Positions 44,901 to 59,049 of a DNA stretch of 64,000 bases are shown piece after piece; the stretch's first letter is position 1, and each line of letters opens with the position of its first letter. The notes beneath the pieces are model-generated. The model ran no database searches. It was not told the DNA's origin and saw only the letters and a program-made list of their open reading frames with translations. The DNA lies in NCBI GenBank assembly GCA_002269645.1, contig NIVC01000210.1, positions 1 to 64,000 on the forward strand. The letters run 5' to 3'. A program made the position numbers and the translations under genes. The stretch is from Macrostomum lignano. Lineage: Eukaryota.

Positions 44901-46561
44901 CGTCCCGTGTCCCAGGGAGACGCAGGAAAATGACAGAGCAGAACTCACGAGCTTCCGTGAAAAAGCCGATGCAGTTCGCACTTTGCTATGGTAGACAAGT
45001 AAGTTTGTTTTGAAGTAGCCAACGATAGGACCAAGAAAACGCAAGGCCGCGGCTGCCCACTAGACAGCAAATTTATTATATTATATTAACTGATATATAA
45101 TATATATAATATATTATTAATTAATAATAATATATTATTAATAAATAAGCTCCATAATAATATATTATGGAGCTTATTTATTATATCAGTTATATCAGTT
45201 ATAATATATACTTTCTTTATAATATTATAATATATATATATAAGTTATAATATATTTAAGGTACTTTCTAATGTATTTAAAAAGGTAAACTAACTCAGCT
45301 AGAGGCTGGATGTTTTTAAAGTATCTCACAGTTAAAAATATAAATTTCGGCACCCTTCTCTACTGCAAGTCGTCTCCGCTGCACATACATAAACTCTTAC
45401 TCTTCTTGAACTTTTAAATTTGTCATTTATTCTTACCATTTTGCATCTTTGTCTTGATGAGATGATTTCACCTTACATCATCTAGCCTCTACAAGAGTTA
45501 TTTTACCTTTTTAAATTTCATTACAAATTTCGGAGAACTGCCTTTGGTTGCGCGTGTGCAGTGTTTGCTTTTGCTAGTTCTCCTAGTCCTAGCTAATGCC
45601 TCTTAGCTAAAATGGGCTTTTCTCTGAGCCTGAAGGTAAACGGAGGGAGCTAGTTAATAAACAAGCTGTATCACTTTGTACGCCTGCTCACTCTTACGCT
45701 TTATACTGGGCCTCTTCATCTCCACGCTGCATCCGTCTTTTCAGGGCTACTCTAAGACAGATTGAGTTCAACAAAGTTCAACATTGTTTAAGAAAAATGG
45801 TTAATGCCTACACAGCCTGGGGATCATCGTTTTACGCACAGACTTTCAAATCAAGAGAAGAGTACGAGTGCTCTTACAAGCAGACATTTAGTTCGTATTT
45901 AGTCTTGCAGTCCATCTTATAGCTACGCTTTTTAGAAACACAGAATCGAAGGCAGAATAGATAGAAAAAGACAAATAGTGGTTGGTACTTTTGCATATCC
46001 TTGTAAGTAGCATGATAGATGCTTTCTCTGGGTTTCGTAGTAGATTTGCTCACGTATGCGTGAGGAAAATGTTTTGTATTTATATTTTAGAATTTTAAAC
46101 GTACTAAAAGTGGAATATTCAATCATATATTTCAGCAGTATAGTTAAAATATGGAAGAGCAGGGCAGCTATTGAAACAGTGAACTACACTGGAATAAATA
46201 ATTTACGGGTTTATAATAAGTGTTTTATATGCATAAATTAGTTTTACCTGTGTGCAGTTGCAGCTACACTCATACAAAAACTAGCTACTTAGGAAGTTTA
46301 CAAGTTAAAATTTTATTTGCTTCAAAAAGTGAGCTTGAGTTTAGGAACTGAGGAGCCTTTTGCGTTTCTAAATATCATTGAAGTCATTGTGGAAATAACA
46401 GACAAACTGCTAAATGGTGCTGGGGTTAGTGATAGTGAAGAAAAAATCTACATTCTTCAAACTCCGACTTCATCGGGAATGCTGTAAGTTGTATGTCCTG
46501 AGTTAACTTTTTGCTTTTTTGTCATGGCTTTGAGACATAGCAATTGTTTGCTGCAAAAAGA

Positions 46562-47200
46562 TTATTCTGGAATGCCACCGCAAGTTCTAGTTGCAGTGTC
46601 GATTACGGTGTCCAGCTTTGATTTACAAGCTTCAATTTCCTTTTTCTGCTCACTGGTTTGAGGCAACCCGAAAGCTTTCGATTCCAGCTTGGGCGCTTCA
46701 GCAGTAGCAGCTTTCAGCCGGTCTGCGATGGCTTTGGCTTCCTGCATTTGGAAAGATTGAAGGGATTTTTGCAGGCCCTCCGTCTCAGCCCCTCGGGAAG
46801 ACCCAGCAGCTGCCTGCTCCAGCCTCTGCTCTGTGGTTCTCAGCAGCTTCTCCAGGTGCTCTTTTTTCTTACCGATAAATTCGATAAGATTTTTTGATTT
46901 GAGCTTTCCAAGGCTGCAGTGTAGCGCTGACTTGTGCGCATTCCTTTGCGTCCTTCTCCACTGTGTTCAACAGGTTCAGGCATTCAGTCTAAAATATAAG
47001 CGTTCCGTCTTATTAATTTGAATTCGAATAAATCTTAAATACTTCAGGTTCCATTACCTGAAACTTCGATCGATGATCGCTGAAGTGCACATCACAAAGA
47101 TTCTTGTCGCAGTGACCGCACTTGACGAGGATCGAGTAGGAGCATTGGCTTTCGCCTTCGCCTGCGCTAAAATAAGTGCCTGCGGCGCTAAAGTCAGTGC
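46562..47200 (-). pseudogene. TRIM-like copy 4: RING deleted, B-box remnant + frameshifted coiled-coil exon
   Basis: QCSYSILVKCGHCDKNLCDVHFSDHRSKFQ then GT...TTTTAG then TECLNLLNTVEKDAKEC; one extra A in a poly-A run shifts the frame. Confidence 0.8.
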
Positions 47201-47539
47201 TAAAGTTTGATGGGGCTTGGAGTTCTTAGTTCAAAAACCAGTTTCACGCGAGCTCGCATAGATTTATTTTTATGTTTTAAAACTCCCTCCCCAGATGCAG
47301 TGAATTCTAAGCAAAAAAGGAAATAAAAAGCGCACTTAAAGCATTTCACCACCTTTTAACTTCATTGGCAAGAACATATTGGATTTTCACTTATTTGCAG
47401 ACAGTTTCAGATAATAAAGCCTGCAGGAGTATCTTAGCTACCTTTGGGAAGTGACGTTGTGCAAGCTGATGATACCGTTTTGTCTTTGTTGTCGCGGTGA
47501 CCAGATGGTTTACTTGCCAGAAAGCTTTAGTGCGAAGCA

Positions 47540-47850
47540 GAGCTGGAACTCACTGGAACTCCGCCCCTTGAGTGCCATACTGCGCCGGCGCCGCCAGATG
47601 CTGCTGGGCCACTGCCTACGGACCCTGGGTCGCGGCACGCCCGTCCCTCTGGCCCTGACCATGCTGCACCGGCCGACCGAGCAATTGCGCCGTGGCCAGG
47701 CTCGCACTGCCACCTAACGAACTGCCTCATCGCTGACTTGCAGGCGCTTGAGCTGACCCCTCAGGCTGCTGCTGCCTGCCCCTCCCGCCTGTTCTGCGAA
47801 CGCGTGCGCGCAAGGACCTCCCCTCTGCGTCTTATTATATATATACTCGT
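47540..47850 (+). mobile_element. RTE-like LINE 3' fragment
   Basis: LELRPLSAILRRRRQMLLGHCLR...PTEQLRRG typical of RTE RT C-termini; (TA)n-rich tail. Confidence 0.7.
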
Positions 47851-48429
47851 ATATTTACCGCAGCCTAATTCCGCTGCGCCTTAAATGTTTTCTTCAAAAT
47901 AACCCAGCTATTCCCCGCAACAACTTGGGCTGCAGACAAAAACCATATGATTGGCTTGCACAACGCCATTTCTTAAAGGTAATTAAAACACTTCTACGAG
48001 CTGTATTAAATACAATCAGTTAGCTTTGTCTGCCAGTTAATGACATTACATTATGCTCTTGGTGAGTAAGTAAAGAGGTGGTGAAATTCTCAAGGTGCCA
48101 TTCCTTTATTCCTTCTGCATCTCCATGTATTGTTGCCTAAACGAATGGAGTTTAATTTGAGTTTAAACTCCCTTCGAAATTTAGTTTTTACGCATGTAAA
48201 TTTGCTTGAAACGGACTTCGACCCTAGAACTCAAAGCCCTTCCCAACTTTCATCTACAACACACTCACCCCTACTACTACTGGCCCCACTATGTTTTTCT
48301 GACCAATCACGTTACTGTTCGACAGGTGGCATCACTTGATTGCTTGGCGAGGAGGTCGAAGACAGCTCATACTCATATCGAAGAATATTTTATGTATCCT
48401 GTCAAGCATTTAATGTGTGCCACCTAGCT

Positions 48430-48680
48430 TAGATGGGCCTCCTACCCCCGCAATGGACGCCCAAACAGTACTAGCAGCCCACTGAGCGCCTGCGCCGTGG
48501 CCAAGGCCGAACTGTGACGCTAAATGATACGTTTCTGACTGACTTACAGGCCATCGGACTCAGCCCCCAGTCCGCCATGACTTGCCCTTATCGGTTGTTC
48601 TGCGAACGCGTCCTTGCAAAGACTAGCTAGATGTCTTTTTGTCTGTGCTTCTCTCTGCATCGCTATATATATACGAGTAT
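48430..48680 (+). mobile_element. Shorter RTE-like LINE 3' fragment, same family
   Basis: Shares TGCGCCGTGGCCA and GTTCTGCGAACGCGT with 47540-47850. Confidence 0.65.
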
Positions 48681-48928
48681 ATACCTAGCTTAGATACGAG
48701 ATAATTTGTGTCTCCAGGGTTTCTGTTTACCGGCTCGGTCCCTCTTTAGGAACTGGACTCGCTTTAGCACCGCTCAATAATACTCATCATCTACGTCTTT
48801 TTCCGTTTCTACTCGTACGTAGTAACGTAGTATATTTTAAAGTAGAAACATGGATTCTAAATATCATTATTAGAATGTTAGAATGATACTAGAATGTTAT
48901 TCGACAGATAAACCCTGAAATTTTAGAT

Positions 48929-49700
48929 ATGAGCTCAAGAGACGACGAAGACCTGAAGTGCCCGGTGTGCAAATACATCTTTACTGATCCGTGCTTCATG
49001 TGCCCAAACCACTACACTCTGTGCCGCAAATGTCACAAACGCGTTTTGGAGATGTCCCTTTTTGGACCCGCAAAGTGTCCGGTGTGCCGAAAGATGCTTT
49101 CCACACCAACAGAGCACGCCTCCATGGCCAGGATCGTCAAAAAATCCAACTCAAAACCGCCGCCCAGCGCCACCTACCAGGTACGCGAACAGAGATCCCG
49201 GTGCTTCAACTCAGTCTTTGTCAAGTGCGGCCACTGCGACCTGAATGTTTCCAATCTGCACTTCGTTGAAAATCGGATGCAGTTTCAGGTCATTTAAGCT
49301 TAAGTATTTAGCAGGTATTAACTCGAAAACACATAATACGGAACGCTTGCCTTGCCAGACTGAATGCGAGAACTTGTTAAAATCTGTGGGGAATGACGCG
49401 AAGTAATGCGACAAAGTCAGCGCTAAACTGCAGCCTTAGAAAGCTCAGATCACTAACCTTAGCAAATTTATCGATCTAGAAAAAAGCGCTTAGAGCAGCT
49501 CTAGAGAACCACAGAGCAGAGGCTGGAGCAGGCAGCGGCTGGGTCCTCCCGCCGAGCTGAGGCAGACAGCCTCAGCGCCGAAGCTGGAGTCGCAAGATTT
49601 CGGACCGCCTCCAACCGATGAGCAGAAGAATGAAATCGAAGCTTGCAAAGCAAGGCTGGTCTCCATAATCGGGACTGCAACACGAACTTTGGGTGGTGTC
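48929..49700 (+). pseudogene. TRIM-like copy 5: intact RING/B-box exon, coiled-coil exon with nonsense mutations
   Basis: Exon 48929-49288; the next exon starts at 49359 (ACT GAA TGC) and hits TAA after 15 codons, with further stops downstream. Confidence 0.82.
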
Positions 49701-51962
49701 AAAGAACAATTTCAATCACCGCGTCGCAGCAAAACAGCCAGATATTCTGGACCACATACAACATTTATGACGGAGTCGGAATGTAAATGCGATGGATGCC
49801 GTAGATCCCGTAGATTAGGTTTTAGTTCCCCAGTGCCACCAATGTTTGAACTACTTTTATTTTTAGAAGCTTTTGAAAGCTTTCTTTTTAGAAGAAATTC
49901 GAAATAATTTGAACTGAACAAATTCATGGCATGTAGAGGAGCACCAGGCTCCTCAGTTTCTAAACTGAAGTGGAATTTTCAATCCAAGTAGCTAGTTTTT
50001 ATAACCATTGTAACTGCACCGAATTACGAAGCATCTACGAGCTATGCATATGTAACCATTATGGCCCAACTTTCAAGTTAAATGCGCTGGCTGCATAAAT
50101 GCAACAATAGTTTTATACTACTTACAAGAATCCGCGAAAGTAGTACCAACTATTTGTCTTTATCTGTCTCCTTTCTGTCCAATACAAAGCAGATATTTCA
50201 CAATCCTTCGTAACAGATATTTTTAGACATGGCAGAAAGAAAATGTGTGCTACGAATGCTTTTTATCAACACTCCTTACTATTTTGCCTATCTACGAGTA
50301 TTAGTATAGAAGATTAGTAGATTTGGATGGATAAAAATTCAAGCCTGTAGATCCGCAAGGCCACCTCTCCGGCGCTTTTGCGTTTCTAAAAAGCGTAGCC
50401 ACAAGATGGACAGACAAAGAGACAAAGTGTTTGCCAATTTCTACCGGCAGGAGTGCTCTTACAAGCAAAATTCTCTGGATTCAATCAGTCTCTACATGTA
50501 TTTGAAACGATGCTCGACAAGGCTGGAGGCATTGAACACATTGTTGCTAAACTTGTCTTTTTCTAAGACTGGTTTTATTTAGTCTGGCTGACATGAAATA
50601 ATTGATCGTTTTCGTTGAACTTAACCTGTAATGGAGTAACCCTGAAGGTAAAGATGCAGAGGGAATATGAGGAGGTGTACGGACAGATGCAGCTCGAATA
50701 TATTGACTAACCCCACCGCTTAACTTTAGGCTTCGAGAGGAGCCCACCCTAAAGTTGAGAAATTAGCTAAGAGAAATACAATAGCTAGCTAAACCAAACA
50801 CAAGCACAACCAAAGCCAGTGCTCCACTGTAATTTGTACTCGAAAAGTTGAGAATGTGATAAATATCTGTTTCAGGCTGTAAGATAACAAATTGGCTCTT
50901 CAAGGCTAAGATTCCGAAATGAAAATTATAAAAGAAAGATGTAAAATAAGGTACCTCACAGATAAAATAAGTATTTCATCACACTTCTGAGCTGCAAACT
51001 CGTCTCTGCTGTACATACATGCACATGAACTCTGAATGCATAAAATAGTTTGAAGCGACAATAGCAATACTGGACGCAGAATTGGAATTCTAAACAGGGC
51101 TGCACCACTTTCTCAGGCATTTTATTTACCGCAGCCTCTGCTTCGCACTACGTAAAGCTTTCTAGCAAATAACCCATCTGGTCTTCGCGACAACTTGTGC
51201 CGCAGAAAAAAACGGTATCATCAGCTTACACAACGTCACTTCCCAAAGGTAGCTAAGACACTCCTGCAGGCTGTATTATCTGAAATTTTGTCTGCAATTA
51301 AGTGAAAGTACAGTATGTTCTTGCCAATGAAGTTAAAAGGTGGTGAAATGCTTTTAGTGCGCTTTTTATTTCATTTATTTCATAGAATTCACTGCATCTG
51401 TGAGGGGAGTTTTAAAGATTAAAATATTTTTTATGTAGCTCGTATGCGGGCCAGCGTGAAACTGATTTCGACCTGAGAACTCCAAGCCCCATTATACTTT
51501 TGCACCAGATTAACCTCTACAGCAACTCCAACTTCAACCTTAGATTAAACCGATTGATGCGTGACGGTTTTTTCTTTCTATGAGTATCCCCCAATTAGTT
51601 ATTTTTCACCTTTACTGAGACATGCTTTCATTGCTGACCCCACTAAGTTTTTCTGATCAATCCTGGTACCTTCCGGTAGATGTCTATCACTTGGTTGCTT
51701 GGCGGCGAGGTCAAGAATACCTCAAGACCATTTATATCGCGTGCCACGCACGTACTTTGTGCCACCAAACTCAGAGAACACAGTGCTGCCAGCGTTTTTA
51801 TCAACTGTCTTGGTAATTGCTTCTCTTGCTTCTCCAGACCACTCAGTAATCTTCATCTTTTTCTTTTATCGTTTCAACATTCCAATAGTGTATGAATATT
51901 TTATAAATTGTTAAGAGGGACATAAAATTGCTGTTTATCAGCTAAATCATTAAGTTTTAGAT

Positions 51963-52986
51963 ATGAGCTCAATAGAATACGAAGACCTGCTGTGCCCAGT
52001 GTGCAAAGACATCTTTACCGATCCGTGCTTCGTATGCCCGAACCATCACATCCTGTGCCGCGAATGCCACAAAGGCCTTTTGGAGACGTCCCCTTACACT
52101 GCAAAGTGTCCGGAATGCAGAGAAAAGCTGTCCACACCGAAGCAGGACGCTATCAGAGCCAAGCTCGTCCAGACTTTCACCACCAGCGCCACCTGCCAGG
52201 TGCGCGAAGACGAAACCCAGTGCTGCAACTCAGTCTTTGTCAAGTGCGGTCACTGCAACCTGAATGTTTGCGATCTTCACTTCAGTGAGCATCGACTGAA
52301 GTTTAAGGTAATGTAAGCTGAAGTATTTATTAGGAAGGATTCAAAAGCAAACTAACAGAACGGAACGCTTGCCTTCCCAGACTGAATGCGAGAACCTGTT
52401 AGAATCTGTGGAAAATGACGCGACTGAATGCGAACGAGTCAGCGCTACACTGCAGCCTTGGAAAGCTCAGATCGCCAGTCTTATCGAATTTATCGATATA
52501 GAAAAAGAGCGCCTCGAAGAGCTGCTGAGAGCCACAGAGCAGAGGCTGGAGCAGGCAGCTGCCGGGTCCTCCCGCCGAGCTGAGGCAGACGGTCTGCGAG
52601 CCTCCATTCGATCTGGCCAACTGCAGCAAGCCAAAGCCATCGCAGATCAACTGCAAGCTGCTGCTACTGAAGCGCCAAAGCTGGACTCGCAAGATTTCGG
52701 GTTGCCTCCAACCGATGAGCAGAAAAATGAGATTGAAGCTGGTAAAGCAAAGCTGGAAACCATAATCAGGACTGCTGCAGAAATTTGCGGTGCTTTTAGC
52801 GGTAGCAATGAGTTTCATGTTCCTTCTTATGATTCTTCGTCCTTGAGCCCTGCAGAACTCTCGAGCCCAATCTATGCTGAACACCTCTTGCAAAGTGAGG
52901 TAGTCTATAACCCAATGGCCCTTAATACAGATCCCCATGAATTCGATGCGGATGACTATTCTGCTTTTTTAGTGAGACTAGATTAA
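51963..52986 (+). CDS. TRIM-like copy 6: RING + B-box-like + coiled coil + acidic tail, intact (about 316 aa)
   Basis: Exons 51963-52307 and 52381-52986 joined by a 73-nt phase-0 GT-AG intron. Confidence 0.85.
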
Positions 52987-53793
52987 TAATTGGAGTATTA
53001 ATCTGGTCGGTTACTCTTCGCTGCAGCCGGGTGCCCGGAACTTCTATTCAAGTCAAGTTACTTCTATTCGACATTAACTCCCATATGCTAGACGCAACCC
53101 ATAAACTCAAAACTGTACAATGGTTGGTTGTGTATGGTTTAAAGGTCGACAATGATTAATTTCGTCACGAGTGACTAAAATTAATCACAATATCAGTAAA
53201 TCTCTAAGATCTTCATTGTCTTTGATAAAACCATGCACACAATAACATTGTCTTTTTAAAAGTATTTTTAAAAGCCTCAAATAATGACTTTGAAGCTGTG
53301 ATGTTGTCGGTTTAAGTGGCTCCGCAAAGGGCTGTTTTGACATACAGTTTCTCACTTAATATTTTCCATTTTTTGTATGCGCACGTTTACTTGTAGTAGT
53401 GCCCAACGAATCTTTATCAATTGCTAATCATTGCGTACATTGTAATTTTTGCGTACATCTGTAGGGTCTACGCGCGATCAATACCTTCTGTATTTGCTTT
53501 TCCCTCGCCAGCCAATGAAAACTCCGCGCATATATTATGCTAATTTTCCTGCGCTCCTTTATTAACCCCTCCTGACGGCAAGCGGGGGTTTTCACCTTCT
53601 CTCCTCGGCTCGCGCGCTCTCAGTTTGTTATCTCCTTATCTCTCGCCCCGGCCCCACCCCGAGTGGACCAGACATGTTTACGCCTTCTCGGCTCTCTCGC
53701 TCTCTCTGCCTCACTCCGCCACGGGTAGCCACGCCTCCGCTAGGCCCAATCATACCACTCCTGTCTGCCTGCTGCCTGTACGAGCTCTTTGAG

Positions 53794-53867
53794 CACCGCC
53801 ATCACTGTATACTCACCGCCATCACTGTATACTCACCGCCATCACTGTATACTCACCGCCATCACTC
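53794..53867. repeat. 20-bp minisatellite (CACCGCCATCACTGTATACT), about 3.7 copies
   Basis: Direct reading. Confidence 0.9.
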
Positions 53868-55945
53868 TGTTAATTTGCTTCATCCCCATCCTCAATATAC
53901 TCAATCTACTCAATTCAAACCCATTGTTGCAGCCGCCAGTGCCCCCGCGCCATAAGCCTCTGTATTGACATTAATAATTATAATAAACCAGTTGGCGTCC
54001 TTGGTTTGTTTACCGCCATTGCCAAGTGCTACCGCTACAAATCCACTCCGCCATTGTTGAGTTCCCCATTATTTTGGAAAACTGCAACTAAAACGTCACA
54101 AAGCGTTAAGTAATGAGCGTACAGCATGGGACATGAGTTGCGTCGAATGGCTCGTATGACATCCATAGTTATATGAGAAACAGAACGGTCCCTGATTTTT
54201 TTCTTTGACTTTTTTCCGCTTTTCTTCTCACTGTATGTTCACCTGTTTTTCTATAGATTTTAGTCTGGATTTTTTAAAACATTTCCTTGGACTGAAGATA
54301 ATCCTTTAGTTGACATCATTACCTAAATTTTCTTTGTTGTTTTAGCTGAATTTGTATGCCTCTCTACGAGTTCACTTGGAGGCATTAGAAAAGTATTTCT
54401 AGGTTTTTTAAGGTCTAACAGGGACTGTGTCATTTCTATTTTGGGGCCTAACTTAAATTGGGCGTCGGTTGTCACAGCTAATGAAACGCTCAATTTGATA
54501 TACAGCAGTAAATTTGTTTGCATATTCATGCGCTCCATTTTCGCTCTGAACTATGTGTACTGAACTGAACAATAGCAGGATAATTGGTGCGCTTGATATA
54601 ATAGTTGCTTCAAGAGGGGATAGAGTGTACGAGAACAAAAGTATTTGCAAAAAGTTAGGAAAACAACGCGTTTTTAAGGCTAATCATTTCAATCTGAAAT
54701 AAAAAATTACTTACTCTTCATTTCGATGCTAATGCTTTTATCACTAATGGTACATCTAGATCGTTAAATCATCGCTGCCCAAACACTGTATTTCAGTCGC
54801 AAAGAGACTTGAGACTGTAAATTGTTGTTATCGAAATTTTTATAATGATAAAAAGAATAATGTCTGAAAAAGTGGCAGGTTTTTTTATATCGCAAGTTAT
54901 AGTGATTTGCTTGTGACTAATATCTGGTCCGAGTTCGCGTGCTAACAGGCTGCTATTAGAGTAACGAGTAAACACACAACGAATTAGTGGCAACCGATGA
55001 CTTATGGATTATTCGCTTATGAATACTTGTTTTTTTCACAGACACTAATGGTACATGTGGTTAGTAAACTATCTGATGCTAAGCAGATAATTGGCAACGA
55101 AACAGCTATAAGTTTCGATGGTACGCTCGTATGACTTCGAAGATGGCCTTAGTGGGAAACACTACTTAACAGTAGAAAGACCACGCTGTTTTTCTCCATG
55201 GGAAATACCACGGGGTGTATTACAAATACGCCTGATCTCTCTGGCCTTAAGTTCTCTATATCTGTCTGGCCCTCTTCATATTCCCACTGTATTCGTCTCT
55301 TCAGGACTTGTTCTAGGCAAGTTAAGTTTAATAAATGGGAGAATTTATTTCAAATTTGCCGGACTAGATAACACCAGTTCTCGTTTTTAGTAACAATGGT
55401 TAAAAGTAGCAACTATCTACTAGAGACCACGCTGTTTTTCTCCATGGGGAAATACCACGAGGTGTATTACAAATACACACGACCGATTCCACGATAGCTC
55501 GCAAACCGAATTACTGATTTTCGTAAAAGTCCACGATATGGATAGAAATTTTCCGCCCTTTCCGACGAACTAACTTTCAAAGTCATCCGACGTCAGCATC
55601 GTCAAGATATTCAACGATTCTTGTCGAAGACACTGGGGGCAAGAACATCCAACACTACACTGTATAAACCTTTATGGTAAATCCATATTGGCTCAATAAT
55701 CTGGGTCCATTTGTTATCAACATCCCAGGCACCAGGGCCCCTTTCATCACCGTCTGGAGCATCGGCGGCGACCGTCGGGACCTTCAACAAAAGCACCCGA
55801 TCGGCATCTCAGAGACGGCTGCGTTCTCAAATCTGAAATGGAAGAACCCTCTTCTGCATGCAGGATTCAGCCAGTAGACATAATCAGTGAATTGAAATGG
55901 ACGATGGCGATCCTCTAGGTTGACAAACAGGCGACTTTCGGGACC

Positions 55946-56050
55946 TTCAACGGAGTGCTACCATGCGGCCCTGACGAGCTTTCACCTCAACATTGTGTTT
56001 TTTACAAGGTACCAAACCAGGTATGTATACATATTATACAATGGTCGTGC
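55946..56050 (+). repeat. About 105-bp direct repeat, copy 1 (possible transposase fragment)
   Basis: TTCAACGGAGTGCTACCAYGCGGCCCTGACGAGCTTTCACC also present at 58085. Confidence 0.75.
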
Positions 56051-56096
56051 ACCATTTTCAGCATTCAGCTCTGTCTGGACGACATTTGGGACATTT

Positions 56097-57650
56097 GATG
56101 GGTTCGGCCTTTTTAAGCCTACAGCTTCAGGCCTCAGAACTCAGAAATGAATCACTTAGAACTCTGGCCTCTCACTCCTGTCAGATGGTCAGCCCCATGG
56201 TAGCTAGATTGTGGGCGAGCAGCAAGGTCCTATAGCTAAGAGAAGACAGCGAGAGACAAGCAGGGAGAATTTGAAAGGTAGAAATTAGCTAATCCGCAGA
56301 TTAACTAACTCGCTGCCAGTCCGTGCGCCCCGGCTCACCAAACCGGAGCTATCGAAATCGGACTTCCGACTAGAGGGGCACTGCACTTACCTGCCATCTA
56401 GTGTCTTTTAGCTGTCTAAATCTCGAAGTCATAGTCGAATAGAAGGGACGCTGCTGGGACTAAGATCGCATTGCCATGCAGGGACAGAGAGGACTTCTGC
56501 AGGGGGTTCTTGCGCTGGCGAGCCTTTATACACTACTGAAACTGAAAATACTATTTCATTACCAAATTCCCAGAAGTAAATGTACAAGTACACGTAATTG
56601 CACGCTTTTTGGCACTAAATGTGTTAACACGTCGGCAGATAGCGATGATGTAGATGTATTGTCGCCTTTGGAGATCTTCAGACAAATATTTAACTTGTCC
56701 GAGCCGCCCGAGACTGCGCGATAGCACCAGTCTGGCTCTGAATTTGCATGCTCAACATAATGATTTCTTAGATCGACTGATTGACTGGGAACTGTGCCGC
56801 TTCCGGTTCACTGTGACCCCTGCCTCTAGATTTAGACGCTCATCTCAGCTGGCATTGCGAAAAAGAAAGAAAACGCTAAGTCTAACTTCCAGATTTGACT
56901 TTCTCACTTAATCCGCAATCCTAAACACCTTAGATTGGGTCAGAGCTAATGGCTAATTTTAATATTAATTGACACTTCTGCCTCGAGATTGGCACGCAAA
57001 ATAGCAAGTAAGCAAAATTGCAAATCCTATCAGACTACCTAGAAAGGGGTCAGACAAAGGGCGCACCCAGTTAAGCAGGTCAAGAAAGCCTCTCACCAAA
57101 ACAATCAGAGGACCTAACTGCCGGTAGCCAAAGAATCCACGGAGACCGAGCCGCCCGGACGAAATGCTGCTGCTGATCTTAACTGACGAGTGCCGCCGCT
57201 ACTCTTCGCTTGCCGGTTGTTGTTGCTGCTCTTAGTTCGCGGTCGGGAAGTACTGACGATGCTTCTCAGGGGGAGTTTAGCTGCAGAAGCCGAAACTGCC
57301 GGGGGGAGGGAGACCAGAAGTCGACAGGGATCAGACTGGCAGGACCGGCCAAGGCCAAGGTCAGGGCGTGCCAGAAAGTTGTCGAGCGCGGGCCGAGTTG
57401 CCGCCTTTTATAGCTCTCGCGCGGCCGATTTGTTATAATGCACGCCGAATTTTCTGATTGGCTGAGAGCATTTGTTAAAATAGGCGCCGAATTTTCTGAT
57501 TGGTCGAGCCGGAGGCAGTCAGGTCGACTCTGATTAGCTGAGCTCAAGACCCCAACACCTACCCCACCAGGTGGCCTTCGGACCCCAGGGAAGTTGACAG
57601 GTGCGGTCATAAATCATGGGCAAAACGCAATAAAAGCCCCTTGTCTAGAC
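56097..57650 (-). repeat. Long promoter-bearing repeat, copy A (LTR-like, non-coding)
   Basis: Reverse complement aligns with 59050-60545; repeated CCAATCAGAAAATTCGGCG and CTATAAAA on the minus strand. Confidence 0.75.
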
Positions 57651-58084
57651 ATCCGGGCGCCAAAAGTGACAGCAAAACGCCCATAAATAAAAGGAGAAAG
57701 TAACAGAGCGAGTGGGGAGAAAGCTGGAAAGACCTCTTTGACCCAGACAGGCTGGAGCCAAAAGTGACAGCTAGACGGCCATAAATCACCGAAAACAGTG
57801 AAAAAGCCGCAAATCTGGGGGTCAGAATGGGGTCGAAAACACTCCTCCCAGACTTGGTGTCGCCTGTCTAGACTGTTGGAGGTCAATCCGTCTCAAACCC
57901 AGACAGTCTGACCCTTACATTAAGTCCTTAGTATAATTAATAGTAATGCTATAACATAGTATAAAGTTCAGCCCAGATGAGGGAATTTGAGAGAAAAACC
58001 AAACCTAGCCTACTGACAGTAAGGGAAAAGCGCATCGAAGCCAACTGCGCTGTTTTAAGATTGAAAAAAGGTGCGTCCTCATCA

Positions 58085-58190
58085 CATTCAACGGAGTGCT
58101 ACCACGCGGCCCTGACGAGCTTTCACCCCCAACATCGTGATTTTTCTGTCAAGGCACCAAGCCAGGCATGTGTGCATATTATACAATGCT
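58085..58190 (+). repeat. About 105-bp direct repeat, copy 2
   Basis: Matches 55946-56050. Confidence 0.75.
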
Positions 58191-59049
58191 TTTTACCATG
58201 TTAAATTGGAGAGTTACAAATTTAACTTGCGACTGAAAACTATAAAATATTTAATTTGTCTAAAATGATATTACTGTGACTTCACGGTCTTTCTGAATGA
58301 AAAGCCCGGTCGCAATGGTGTCAAGCTGTTCCTGCTGACATCGGCTGGGAATCCAGAAGAGATTCAGGATGACATGGACATCCGCTGTGTTCAATGCGGA
58401 AATCTGCACTGGCAAAGGAACACTGCTGTCCACTACTTGAAAGAAGTATAAAAATATTTTTGCATTTATGCAGCCAGTGCATTTAACCTGAAAGTGAAGC
58501 CGAATGTACTATTGTTCGGTGAAAGAAAAACATAGGAGAGATGAGAGATGCATTTAAGTGAGACTTTATGGTGTGCTTAAAATCTATAGTTTTGATTAAT
58601 GAAGAGTTGACCCACCAACTGCAGAAAATGCTAAGTTGGCACTTTGTAATAAGTTTTACTCTTTTAAGCTCTTAATGCTTCGTATAGGCCATCATATTAT
58701 CTAAAAAAATGTAGGCAAACTAAACAATGATATACTCGTACACTATAAGGTAAATAGTGACAGCCACCTGCGCCTCACTCAGTGCTGGGGCTGGCGCCAG
58801 ATGGTCTGAGAGGATGCGGGCGGTAGCTTTTTTTCTCATCATTTTGACAGTCCATCAAGATTTATGAGGTCAGGGCCTATTGTTCGTGTTCACTCAAGCG
58901 TGTGACAGCTTTGGCAGCTATGCGTTTTACCTCTAAAAGTACGATGGGATTAGCGATTAGCGATTTCTCTTCATTATCTTCACTTTCTAATTAATAAGAG
59001 CTTTCTAATGTATATTTTTTCATTAATTTCTGCCAATCCTACGCGGAAA

